DNA of 64,000 nt from Eledone cirrhosa. Its lineage: Eukaryota. A program made the position numbers and the translations under genes. Positions 39,445-51,400 of this stretch are shown piece by piece (position 1 is the first letter of the stretch; each line of letters opens with the position of its first letter). The stretch lies in NCBI GenBank assembly GCA_964016885.1, contig OZ024746.1, positions 3,844,001 to 3,908,000 on the forward strand. Reading direction: 5' to 3'. The notes beneath the pieces are model-generated. The model saw only the letters and a list, made by a program, of their open reading frames with translations, was not told the DNA's origin and did not search any database.

Positions 39445-39720
39445 TATATAACACCCGAGTACTCGATATTTGGGGTAGTAGAGTGGGTAATAGGAAAAGA
39501 GTCAGGACCCCGATGGCTGAACTCCGGCCGTATGTACAGAGAGGTTGTAGTAAGGTACCAGGTGGACCATAGCGCACCAGAGTACTCAATACTTAGAGTA
39601 GTAGAGTGGGTAATAGGAAAAGAGCTCCAGCCGTTTTGATAGCTAGATCCGAACTGAGTTTGGATCTAGCTATCGGAACGGTTGGAGCTCAGCCGTCGGG
39701 GTCCTGACTCTTTTCCTATA
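39445..39720. mobile_element. Dispersed fold-back element (relatives at 8930-9045 and 11760-11890) that retains only the 3' half of an HHR-like motif
   Basis: Shares gtagtagagtgggtaa and gagtactcaatactta; large hairpin at 39612-39718; the relative at 11772 reads GAAACGGC...GCCGTC gggg. Confidence 0.5.
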
Positions 39721-41701
39721 TATATATATGTATGTATGTATGAGCCTTATCTAGTTGACACTTCGAACAATATCTGAACTCCTGAGGATATGAAGAGTGA
39801 TGAACAAACCCATGCAAGCATGGAAGATGGACGTTAAATGATGATGATGATGATGATGATATCTTATGGTCCAGCGCTCTATATTGAAACATATGGAGAA
39901 TAAAGATATGTTTTAAGTAACAGTTGGTTCTTTATTTGGTACCTAAAGCTTTAACTAGAAACTCAGAGGCCTGTAATATTCTATCTTGTCCCAAACATTA
40001 AGTATTGAATTAATCCAACAGTTTCATTTTACATCTAAATATTTCTAGAATGCAACTATATTTAATTAACCCTTTCATGACACCATTTCTAATGAAATAC
40101 ACTCTATTTCAATTAATTAATGAAGAATTTTGAGTGCTTTTCTAAAATTATTAATTATTTCATTACTAAGATAGTAACTTAATGTAAAGTTCTTATATAA
40201 AATTGTTGGAAGGTTTTTTATTTGAATTGGAAACCTTTAAAATGTGTGCTTTTATTTCATAGAATCAGAACTAGTTTAGCAACAAGAGGTTTAAACCTTT
40301 TGCTACCATATTCTAATGGAAATACACTGACATCTTTCAGAATTTAATAAAATAATGAATGTTTTCATTATAAAGTTGGTTTTTGGAACACAACATAAAA
40401 ATTTTTTAAAAAGGTCTGTTCCAACTGTTGGAAAGTTTTAATATAAACCTGAACACTAAAACAAGCAATTTAAAACTAGAATTGCTTTCTGGTGGCTGGT
40501 ATCAAAAGGGTTGAAGGCGTATAGTTTAATGGTTAAAGTGTTCAGTTCACGGTCTCAAGGTTGCGAGTTCAATCCCTGCCTGGGTAGCATGTTGTGTCCT
40601 TTAACAAGATGTTTTATTTCACATTGCTAAAAATGAATTGTACCTTAAATTAAAGGGGCAGTGTCAAGCTGAATCTCCCTGAGAACTATGCTAAGGATGA
40701 ATGCGTCTGTGGAATGCTCAACTAATTACACATTTATTTCATGAGCAGGTAGTTGTCAACTCTGTTGACAACTACCTGCTCATGAAATAAATGCCATTCT
40801 GTCCAGCATTTTGAAAGAATAACAAATTTCCAACAAATTTTTTAATTTTTATTCATGATTTTGTCTCTCTCTCATTTTAATTTAAATCATAAGATGAACG
40901 TATTTTAAATACCAAAGAGTAAAAGAAAACAATCAAATAATTCACACCTTCAGACAGTCAGAACTAAACAATTAGTAGATTATAAGAACCTCCATGTTGC
41001 AACCACATATCAAAATACTTTCCTACAGCAGTCACAACAAAGTCATTAAAAGTTTTCTCGTATTTAGACAATTAAGTAGATAGTAATTAGATCTTTACAA
41101 AATAATATAGATTTTAAGAATATATAATTATGGTTTCTTGAATGCAGCTTTTCTACATGAAAAGGTTCCTCACCTCAGGTATAGCATCAGCACCTAAGCT
41201 CAACAGATATTAGTTTCTCATCCCATCATGTTGTGTGGCCCTACCCAACGCTAACCAATTTTTCTACCAAATATTTTCTAGCTTTGTAGGTAACACTATT
41301 ACAATATATTTTGTTCCTACAAGCCACTTAGAGCCTCTTAATTCTGCTAGAAACTGTAGCCAAATCTCTAGTCTTAAAAATGGAAGATCACACTGGTCAA
41401 TGTAGTCCTAGATATAACAAAGACGAGAACGTTACACCTGGAATGCGATAGCAATTATTCATGAGAAATATCTAATATTAAAAATAATAAAAACAAAAAA
41501 AAAATTGAAATGATTTGAAATGAAATTCGATAGAAAACGAAACAGAAATATATAATATATACATTTTTTTCAGTTTTCTTTAATTTCGATTTCAGGTTAA
41601 ATCTTAATGTTCATGTTTTCTTTCTTTTCAAAGAGTATTAGATTTAAATCTTTAAAAAATATATAATAATATATCGAGAATTTTTCAGAGATAATTTCCG
41701 T

Positions 41702-42733
41702 TTAAACAACGCAAACATCAACAATATTTCCTATATTTAGTCCATCGGGTGCTGTGAAACCTTGACCGTACCCTCCGGTTATGTCTTTTTCTAAATTAGG
41801 CCGTTTATGACACATTGGACACAGTTCATTCCTGACCGATGATGATCTCATCCACATTACTAAATTATGTCGGGTTCCCCCCTCAATGGGAAGTGCTCCG
41901 TGCATCTGGCAACCACGATGAAGAATTCCAAACGTAGGTTTATTAGAGCAACAAAACGTTGATGTTTCATACATTTCAGTGTTCGCACCCCTGAAGTACA
42001 GGTCCCCAGCAGTAAAATGTTCACCAAGGCAAATATTCAGGGTTATTTCTGCATTGTCATAATGATAACCAAGTTCTGTATCTTGCCCAATTGTATACTT
42101 CACAGTAAAACTTTTTTGTGAGTCTAGACTATCTCCACCTACATCAGGAAACAAATAGCGTGTAATCCACGATAAATAATTGATTCTAAAAGGTTCCAAG
42201 AATTCCTTATAGAAACCTAATTCCTCAAGGAGGGTACCGCTATTGTTCATTGAATTTGGTCGGCCTTTCGGTAAATCACTGTCTTCGAAATTTTCCAGTT
42301 CTTCGATGAATAAATCACAAAACTCTTTCCTAAACACAGGAAATCCATAGAGACGAAACGATTTATGTAAAGTGATAGACTTTTTCAAGTTATTATCCAG
42401 CGATCTATTCCTGCATGACTGAACCAATTCTAAGAACTTTGGATCCAGATAGGATTGTTTTAAAACAAAAACATTTGGATGTAAGGGCCTGTACTTTATT
42501 GATATCGTTTGACGTCGTTTAAGAGCTTCTTTACATATTAAACGCCTTCTGAGTATTTCATCATTTATTTCTTCAAATATTTCTTCCAATTGTTTTTTAG
42601 AATTGCAACCTTTCTGTCTAAGTGTTTCTCCGTAAAGAGCTTTAAAAGAGTTTTCATCCTTGTAATGAATGTGAAGCCCATATTTACTTAGAAATATGTT
42701 TCGGCTGTAGAAGCATTTACAATTGTAAAACAT
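41702..42733 (-). CDS. OGFOD2: 2-oxoglutarate/Fe(II)-dependent oxygenase domain-containing protein 2, single-exon ORF of 343 aa from the ATG at 42733
   Basis: N-terminal CxCF..NIF...YGLH, then LEELENFEDSDLPKGRPNSMNN, the HYD facial-triad motif (GYHYDNAEITLN), distal His (LHRGCQMHGA), RHNLVMW and RNELCPMC. All match OGFOD2 as I recall it. The ORF track starts two codons earlier, at a non-ATG codon. Confidence 0.93.
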   Translation of the reverse strand: MFYNCKCFYSRNIFLSKYGLHIHYKDENSFKALYGETLRQKGCNSKKQLEEIFEEINDEILRRRLICKEALKRRQTISIKYRPLHPNVFVLKQSYLDPKFLELVQSCRNRSLDNNLKKSITLHKSFRLYGFPVFRKEFCDLFIEELENFEDSDLPKGRPNSMNNSGTLLEELGFYKEFLEPFRINYLSWITRYLFPDVGGDSLDSQKSFTVKYTIGQDTELGYHYDNAEITLNICLGEHFTAGDLYFRGANTEMYETSTFCCSNKPTFGILHRGCQMHGALPIEGGTRHNLVMWMRSSSVRNELCPMCHKRPNLEKDITGGYGQGFTAPDGLNIGNIVDVCVV

Positions 42734-44069
42734 AACCACAAAATTCGAAATGGTAAATAAAATTGTTTTTCGTTGGTTTACATTATAAAAACAAAAGGGC
42801 AGATGTTAAAGGAAAAAAATGTATATATGAATATAAATATTACCTGAAAAGAAATAGTGACGTGATTGCAATGTTTGTGACGTATAAAGGTGTTTATAAT
42901 CAAGGTGTGAAACAGGAAATATGAGGCGAAGATAAAGGGGAAGGACACTCGTTCAGACGTCGTTTCTCTTTATTTCTACCGTGAACTTAGCCTTTTTCAA
43001 TTAACGGATACATATTTGTCACAAATAATTTCTTTTATATTTGACACATACACAGATAAAAATAATATTAACTTTAAAAACAAACAAACACCCACAGTAT
43101 AGTCAAGAACCGAGGTCGACTTTGCCCTTCCCCACCAAAAATTGCTGGTTTAAAACAGAAACCATTATAACTGGAAGCGGAAGTTGTGATGTATTTAATA
43201 AATGACTGATCCCCTCATAACACCAGAACCACGTGTTGCCTGGGAGTGTAAACTACGTTATGATTATTAACAGCAATAAATAATTAAATTAAAACAACAG
43301 TAAAAGATAGGCTAACACCCTCTCTCACATAAACATGTTTGCACTGACAACATTTCTAAGCACATGCATGCAATATCCGTCTTAGATGCTATAACAAGTA
43401 CACATAAACAACAGTGATGTATATCAATAACAACACACAATTTAAGACATGAACATGATTGAGAATAATTTACATAAACTCTGCGATATATACCAATATC
43501 AACAACACTCACACGCAGGCACAACACTTAGCATTTAGAATAATCTACAAATAAACAACACTCACATATACACATACGTCGGTCAAATAAATACAGATAT
43601 ATTTTAATGCATCAAAACTCATTCCCACAGTCCGTAAGAATAGGAAACAATTTTCAATGCAGGTCATTTTTATCTGAAGAAACTCGATCTGTTGACATTA
43701 TTTCGATCCAAAAAAACATACTTCCTCAAAAGAAAACACGATAACAGCTATTTAAAATTAAAAAAATACAACTTTAAAAGCTTATAAATAGATCGCTAAT
43801 AAGTTATTAAAGAAAAGACTAAAAAGTACCTAGTTAATAACTTGTAAAGCTAATAAACGCCATATGGAAATTTAAACAAGTTAAATGCCTGGTTTGTTAG
43901 CCAACCGTCATTTCTAACGTCTCTTTTGATTTGTCAATTTGAATGCTAAGCTAGAGAGAACACTTTCTTCGTAAATATTGTAGAAAACGATTTAAATTAT
44001 CGCCATGATAAATATTAAGCATAATATATGTTGTAATATAGTTAGAAGAATAAATTATATAAAATAAAA

Positions 44070-44195
44070 CAGGTTTGAATTTGTTCGGTTTAAATAAAAA
44101 TAATAAAAGATATGAGGAATACGCCAGCAACAGCCATAAGAATATTGACCAATCGGTGCGCTGCTTTCTAAAAACAAAATTTAGCGCGAATTAAA
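44070..44195 (+). promoter_or_regulatory. Putative cell-cycle promoter elements upstream of PKMYT1: CHR-like TTTGAA (~44074), CCAAT box (44149-44153) and E2F-like TTTAGCGCGAA (44180-44190)
   Basis: Motifs lie 130-245 bp upstream of the ATG. E2F/NF-Y control is typical of cell-cycle genes, but short motifs occur by chance. Confidence 0.5.
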
Positions 44196-44316
44196 AGATT
44201 CGTGTGTGTTGAGAACTTGTTGTGGGATACCTTCACTGAAAAGTTAAAAAAAAAACCGTATATATATATATGTATATTATTTTCTTAATTTGTTTTGATT
44301 AACTACAATTATTTAA

Positions 44317-44385
44317 ATGGCATTTTCAAGTCCTAGACCGACACCAAAGTTCTTTACAGAAGCCGCAACATTCAGTACAAAGAAA
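44317..44385 (+). CDS. PKMYT1: PKMYT1 coding exon 1 ([23 protein letters not shown])
   Basis: ATG at 44317, donor AAA|gtaagt, phase 0; resembles the Myt1 N-terminal P.P.P.FF motif. Confidence 0.8.
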
Positions 44386-45392
44386 GTAAGTAACTTCTGA
44401 TTAACAGTTGCCATGTGTCTTTTTTAAAGTTGGCTCCTAAATTTTTTGTATTATTTTCTCTTAGTTAATCATAATATTTCATTTCGTTTTCACAAAACTT
44501 AGTTCACAGTTAGGTAATATTTATTTTGGTATCTACATTTATTGTAAATACTTTAAAACATGTTCGTTAATTGTTTTGGCTCTGTTGAAAAAGAAATCCT
44601 TAACAAACTCCGCCTTCATCTTACACAAACTTCTTGCCAGACCCACCTTATTTTTTATCTCAACACCAACCTTTATATATTAATTGATATTTTTAATTCC
44701 TCTTTCTCATCATTAACGATATCCTCCCACAAAACTATTTATGTTCTGTCTTCCACATTTATCATTTTGTAATTTATTGAAAATACATCAATAAAATAAT
44801 GTAGGTGAATATTTTTCAAATTTTGTTATTTAAAACTTGTTCAAATGAAATATTGCAATTGTCAACAACTTTATTATTTCTACTTGTAATGTTGCTAGTA
44901 TTTCTATTTAATTGTGATTCATTCGCGTCTAATATTTGATTTTGATTATATTTATTGCGACTGTTGCTTGGTTTGTTCCACTCCGACCCATGTTTCTGCA
45001 AAAATGTAAAAAAAACTGTTAAAATTTCCCTCTCTTTTACAACACATAGATATAGTTTTTGAATTTGTTTTGCAAGATTTTTATGTGAGATCGTGTGTTT
45101 AAACTGATATTGGGTCTACTTAGGAAGGGTCAAGCTGTCAGTAAAATTATTGGCAACCTGACCCTCCCATTATATATATATATATATATATTTAATATAT
45201 ATATATATTTAATATAGATGAGATTCTACAGGACTAGAACTGTTTCATTCTTTAGAAATCATCTGATGATTTCTAAAGAATGAAACCGTTCTAGTCCTGT
45301 AGAATTTCATCTATATTAAAACTTTTATACTCTGCTATGTATTGAGTACCTTACTTACTGTGGTTACCTCCGATTCAACCCGGAATAACTTA

Positions 45393-45442
<50 letters not shown>

Positions 45443-48400
45443 TATATTGTATGAGTTTCTGCGAGGAGGTTGGTTACAATTCAGATTTATAGATGAGAAA
45501 TGATATTCATATCAAAGGTTAAAGGTTAATGAAATTTCACATCAATAATTGACAGAATTTCTCAGTTTTTAACCAGGACAAACGTAATGTTTCTTATTGT
45601 CACTTTCATATATTCCATCATTCTCTACGCAGCTTATGGACATTTTTTCCCCTTTATGCTTAATTAGTCTAATGCATATTTAGGATTTAATTTAAATTGC
45701 TTGGATCTTGTAAAGAATTGTACCGAATTACACATTGATGGAAAAAAAATAACTGAACTTTCAAAAAAACATCATTTCACCAAAATCTCGACCTTGACCT
45801 ATACCCAGACATTAGCTTCAATTGTTGGCTAAAGGTGGGTTTAATCTAAAATATTAACCTGTATTTAAAAACTACCTTGAGGAGATATTTACATATCATT
45901 GTAGTCAGACTTGTTTTTGACACTTTCAGAGAGAGGATAATCTGCCGCCACCTTACAGTTCTACTAATGTAAACATGTAAAATAGGTTTTAGTTTTCTTT
46001 TACCAAACTATATTTTGTGACACACCCACACTGTTGATGTTATATCAATTTCTCATTTGTTTATGGCTCTCATGCACTCTTAAATAAAGAACCAACGAAG
46101 GAAACCCTCGAAGGATTCCCATATTACTGGAAATAACAGCCAAATTTCCCTTAAATCCCGGCCAAACCCGCTCTGGTTCTATGAAATAAATCCAACCATT
46201 TTAAAGATTTCCAATTTAAATTAAAATCTTCCAATATAATTTTATATAAGAACCTTACATTAAGTTACTATCTTAGTAATGAAATAATTAATTGTTTCTA
46301 CTTTTGGCACAAGGCCATCAATTATCCCAGTACATTACTGGTACTTTATTTTATCGACCCCGTAAGGATGAAAGGCAAAGTTAACCTCGGCGGGATAATT
46401 AATAATCCCTCAACATTCTTCATTAACTAATTAAGATAGTGTATTTGATTAGAAGTGCAGTGATGAAAGGGTTAAATTACAACCTACCATCTTAAGAAAG
46501 GATGGTCATGGCTGGAATACTTTTGACCATAGGTTTGTTAAATATTGGAGTTGAGCTAAACAATGTATGGAATATGTTTGTGTAGAATCATTAAGTCTGC
46601 AGACGATAGCAATAATAATTGTTTCTACTTTTTGGCACAAGGCCAGCAATTATCCCAGTGCATTACTGGTACTTTATTTTATCGACCCCGTAAGGATGAA
46701 AGGCAAAGTCAACCTCGAGCAATAATAATAAATTGTTACTAGCAATTGTTGTGTTGTGCTTAGAACAAGCTCAGATTTTCAAAATGGTATTTCTCTTAGA
46801 ACTACAACTATCGGGATGTGAATCTTTTCCACTTTACCATCAGGTAGCAATTTCTTTTTGGCGTCCACAATTCTGATTTCGTTGTGAATATATATATATA
46901 TATATATATATAGTGTAACAGCGTTTACCCGACATTAGGGTCTCTCAGAACACTTCTCTCTTGTCTTACATATTTATACAACTTGTTCACTGAGACCTTT
47001 CAACTTTATCATTTGTTTTTTTCTTCGTCATTCCGACAGAAGAATAAATAATAGATAGATGCGAGTCCTAATTTGTTGTTAATGGAAGGCCTAAAAGAAA
47101 TAAGACAGAATCTACATATTTCAAGATTCAAGTAGGCCGTCTACCACTGATCTCTACCATTGCTGTCAGACTGTCCAGTGTATCACTTCCACTTTGGTTT
47201 ATCACGAATAAAAGACAAAACTCCAGTTTGAATTCAGAAGATATCTAATCCAATGCTTTACTGTTTCTGTCACTATTCTCTGAGCTATGTTTTAGACTAG
47301 TGGACCAGTGCCATCAAATAATGACGGTCAATGGCGTTGAATGTACTTTTTGGAGATGCCATGATTGGAATGTCATTTATACTAGGATTGCTGGATATAT
47401 GAAATTATACAGACTGGGAAATATTTTGATAAATTAATGGTTTGCATCAGAGAAACTCTAGTTTATATTGATTACTCACATGTTGAAGTGAGTAAAGATA
47501 AAATATATTTTAATAATTTATTTCTAGGATGTAATTTCCTAAATGTTCAGCATACAGTATAATGTACAAATGACATAAGGATTAAATGTGTAACTTTGGA
47601 GAAATATACAGGGACAAATGTAAGGTTAAAACTAATCCCTTGTCATTTGAAGGTGGACTTATTGTAGCAACATGACTAAGATTGGAAATGTATTATGTTT
47701 TTGTACATTTTAAAGAGTCATATAAGAATAAAATAACCAGGATTAAATTACATCGAATTATTTAATTGATTTACGAACATTTCTTATCAATACAGTAAGA
47801 TGTTTCATCATTTTCCTCTGTACTGATTTCTTTAGAATCCATTAAACAATATAAATAGCATATTTACCTTCGATGTATATATATGACAAACTACAACAGA
47901 AACACAAACCCTCCATCTCAATTTTACTTTTGAAAAGCGTAAGAAATGTGAAACCGGTAAAGTAAATAAATAAATATTCTTAAGACTCCAGTTGCATTTT
48001 CGATTCCTTTTCCTTATACTTCCACCCGTGTGGGACATCTGTTTAAAAAAAAAAAAAAATCATTTTCTTTTATATATATATGTTAACATTGAGTTGTCAA
48101 AAGTATATTTTAACAAAATAGTTATCATTTATGACTTGTTTTTAAAGAGAGCCAAATTTGTGTAAGATAGGTGTATGTTTTTGAATTAACTTGAGTGTGT
48201 TTTCTAATGATTGTTATGTTTACTAATGATACTTGTGGAGTTAATGGCAGATTTGGTGCAGGGGTTAACCCTTTAGTTACCAACCCGGCCAAAACCAGCT
48301 CTGGTTCTATGAAATAAAACAACCTATTTTAAAGGTTTCCAGTTTAACTTAAAATCTTCCAACATAATTTTATATAAGAACTATCTTACTAATGGGAATA

Positions 48401-51400
48401 ATTAATAATTTTAGTAAATCCCCAAAAAGTTTAATTAACTAATTAAAATAGTGTGTTTCATTAGAAATACAGCGAGGAAAGGGTTAAATCTAAGAAAGAT
48501 CTCAATTAAAGAAAGCTAATTTTCCTTAACATCTCTGACCCCAACAATTTTTGAATAGAGCTAGTCCATTAGATATGAGATTAGCCCACTTACTGAAGGG
48601 GCAGGATAACCCTCAATAATTTGATCCAGTTCATAGATACAATTCCCCATTGTAAGGAATGGGCTTACTGTTTAGTGTTTCATTAACACTTTCGATACTA
48701 ACTCACCTTATTGTTTATTTTAAAGTCTAAAACCTTCCATCATAATTTTAACTAAGAACCTTTATTAAGTTATATTCCAAACACCAACTAAATAATGAGA
48801 AAGTTACTAAATCCCTTCAAATAATCTTTGATTATTTTCAAAATGACTTGAAACACATAGAAATATGGTAAAGTTCAAATTCCACCACATACCTAATAAA
48901 CTGTTCCTGTATAACTTTTCTTTGTATAAACAAATTTATGGGATTTGAGCCAATGAGAGAGCCTCTACATGGTTGTTCAACCTGCTAGAAATAACAAAAT
49001 TCCTTCTCAAATCCAACTTTTCCCTTATTGAACAATGTGGGGTGATTATGTTTGCTAGATCATGGCCAAGCTGTAGCTAAACAACACCTATATCAATTGT
49101 TTATGTCCTAGAATTTCATAAGAGAATGTGTTTAATCCTACCAGTATCTCTGAATATAACTATTAAAATATTTATTACAGGCGAGGGGGACACCTCGTGA
49201 TTCATTGCCGCCAAGACCTCCAGTGAAAAGTGCACCTCCATTCAGCCGAATATTTGCCCTTCGTTTGCAACAGAAAGCATTACCTGTGTCATTCCGTAAA
49301 ACAAAAAACAGTATCCTTTTAATGTTGGCTGAAATTGTAATTTTTTGTTAGTTAATCACGTTTCCTGTTTGAATATTTGAAAGTTGACCATTTTGATGAT
49401 ACTGTGGTTAGTTGTTTAAATGTTATCTATTTAGTTACGAATAATACTAATAATATTACATATACTGCGGTTATTGTATAAATAGAAACAATTGCTTATT
49501 TCAAATGTTCTGCTCCATTTATAAACAGAATATTGTCATTTAAACAATCATAAATGACCACGTGTGTTGAGACCCTTGGCTGGAGAGAACCTCATAAATG
49601 ACCACGTGTGTTGAGACCCTTGGCTGGAGAGAACCTCATAAATGACCACGTGTGTTGAGACCCTTGGTTAGAGAGAACCTCATAAATGACCACGTGTGTT
49701 GAGACCCTTGGCTGGAGAGAACCTCATAAATGACCACGTGTGTTGAGACCCTTGGCTGGAGAGAACCTCATAAATGACCACGTGTGTTGAGACCCTTGGC
49801 TGGAGAGAACCTCATAAATGACCACGTGTGTTGAGACCCTTGGCTGGAGAGAACCTCATAAATGACCACGTGTGTTGAGACCCTTGGTTAGAGAGAACCT
49901 CATAAATGACCACATGTGTTGAGACCCTTGGTTAGAGAGAACCTCATAAATGACCACGTGTGTTGAGACCCTTGGCTGGAGAGAACCTCATAAATGACCA
50001 CGTGTGTTGAGACCCTTGGCTGGAGAGAACCTCATAAATGACCACGTGTGTTGAGACCCTTGGCTGGAGAGAACCTCATAAATGACCACGTGTGTTGAGA
50101 CCCTTGGCTGGAGAGAACCTCATAAATGACCACGTGTGTTGAGACCCTTGGCTGGAGAGAACCATCCAACTTATACAAGATTGGAGAAACATTAAATGAT
50201 AATGTTTCCTTAGGAAAATAGTAATTTCTGTTTTATTAAATATATATTTAGGTTGATATTGGACAAACTATTAATTCTTTATTCTGGTTTGATTATCAGT
50301 TTGTTGTTAATAGGGGGCAGCTATTACAGTTATTTTATAAGATAGTATAGTTATTGTTGGTTAAAGGGGGCAGCTATTATAGTTATTGTTGGTAAAAGGG
50401 GGCAGTTATTATAGTTATTGTTGGTAAAAGGGGGCAGCTATTACAGTTATTGTTGGTTAAAGGGGCAGCTATTATAGTTATTGTTGGTAAAAGGGGGCAG
50501 CTATTATAGTTATTGTTGGTAAAAGGGGGCAGCTATTACAGTTATTGTTGGTTAAAGGGGCAGCTATTATAGTTATTGTTGGTAAAAGGGGGCAGCTATT
50601 ATAGTTATTGTTGGTAAAAGGAGGCAGCTATTACAGTTATTGTTGGTTAAATGGGGCAGCTATTATAGTTATTGTTGGTAAAAGGGGGCAGCTATTATAG
50701 TTATTGTTGGTAAAAGGCGGCAGCTATTACAGTTATTGTTGGTTAAATGGGGCAGCTATTATAGTTTTTGTTGGTAAAAGGCGGCAGCTATTACAGTTAT
50801 TTTATAAGATAGTATAGTTATTGTTGGTTAAAGAGGGCAGCTATTACAGTTATTGTTGGTTAAAAAGGGCAGCTATTACAGTTATTGTTGGTAAAAGGGG
50901 CAGCTATTACAGTTTTTTTATATGATAGTATAGTTATTATTGGCAGCTATTATATTTATTATTATCAGTCTTTATTTTCCTCATGATGTTTGAAGAACTG
51001 CTTCCTTAGCTTTTCAAGCTTTGCTAAATCCAAACTATGATGAACATAACAAAGAACTCTATTTCAACCAGTGTTTTGAAGTGGTGTCGAAGATTGGTGT
51101 TGGTTCATTTGGAGAGGTCAGTGTTTTTACTTTTCACATTAACCCTTTAGTTACCAATCCGGCCAAAACCAGCTCGGATTCTATGAAATAAAAACCACCC
51201 ATTTTAAAGGTTTCCAATTCAAATTAAAATATTCCAACATAATTTTATATAAGAACCTTACATTAAGTTCACTATCTTAGTAATGAGGTAATTAATAATT
51301 TTAGTAAATCTCTCAAAATTCTTCATTAATTAATTGAAATAGTGTATTTCATTAGAAATATGGTCATGAAAGAGTTAATGTCAATTGTTTGGAACCATTA

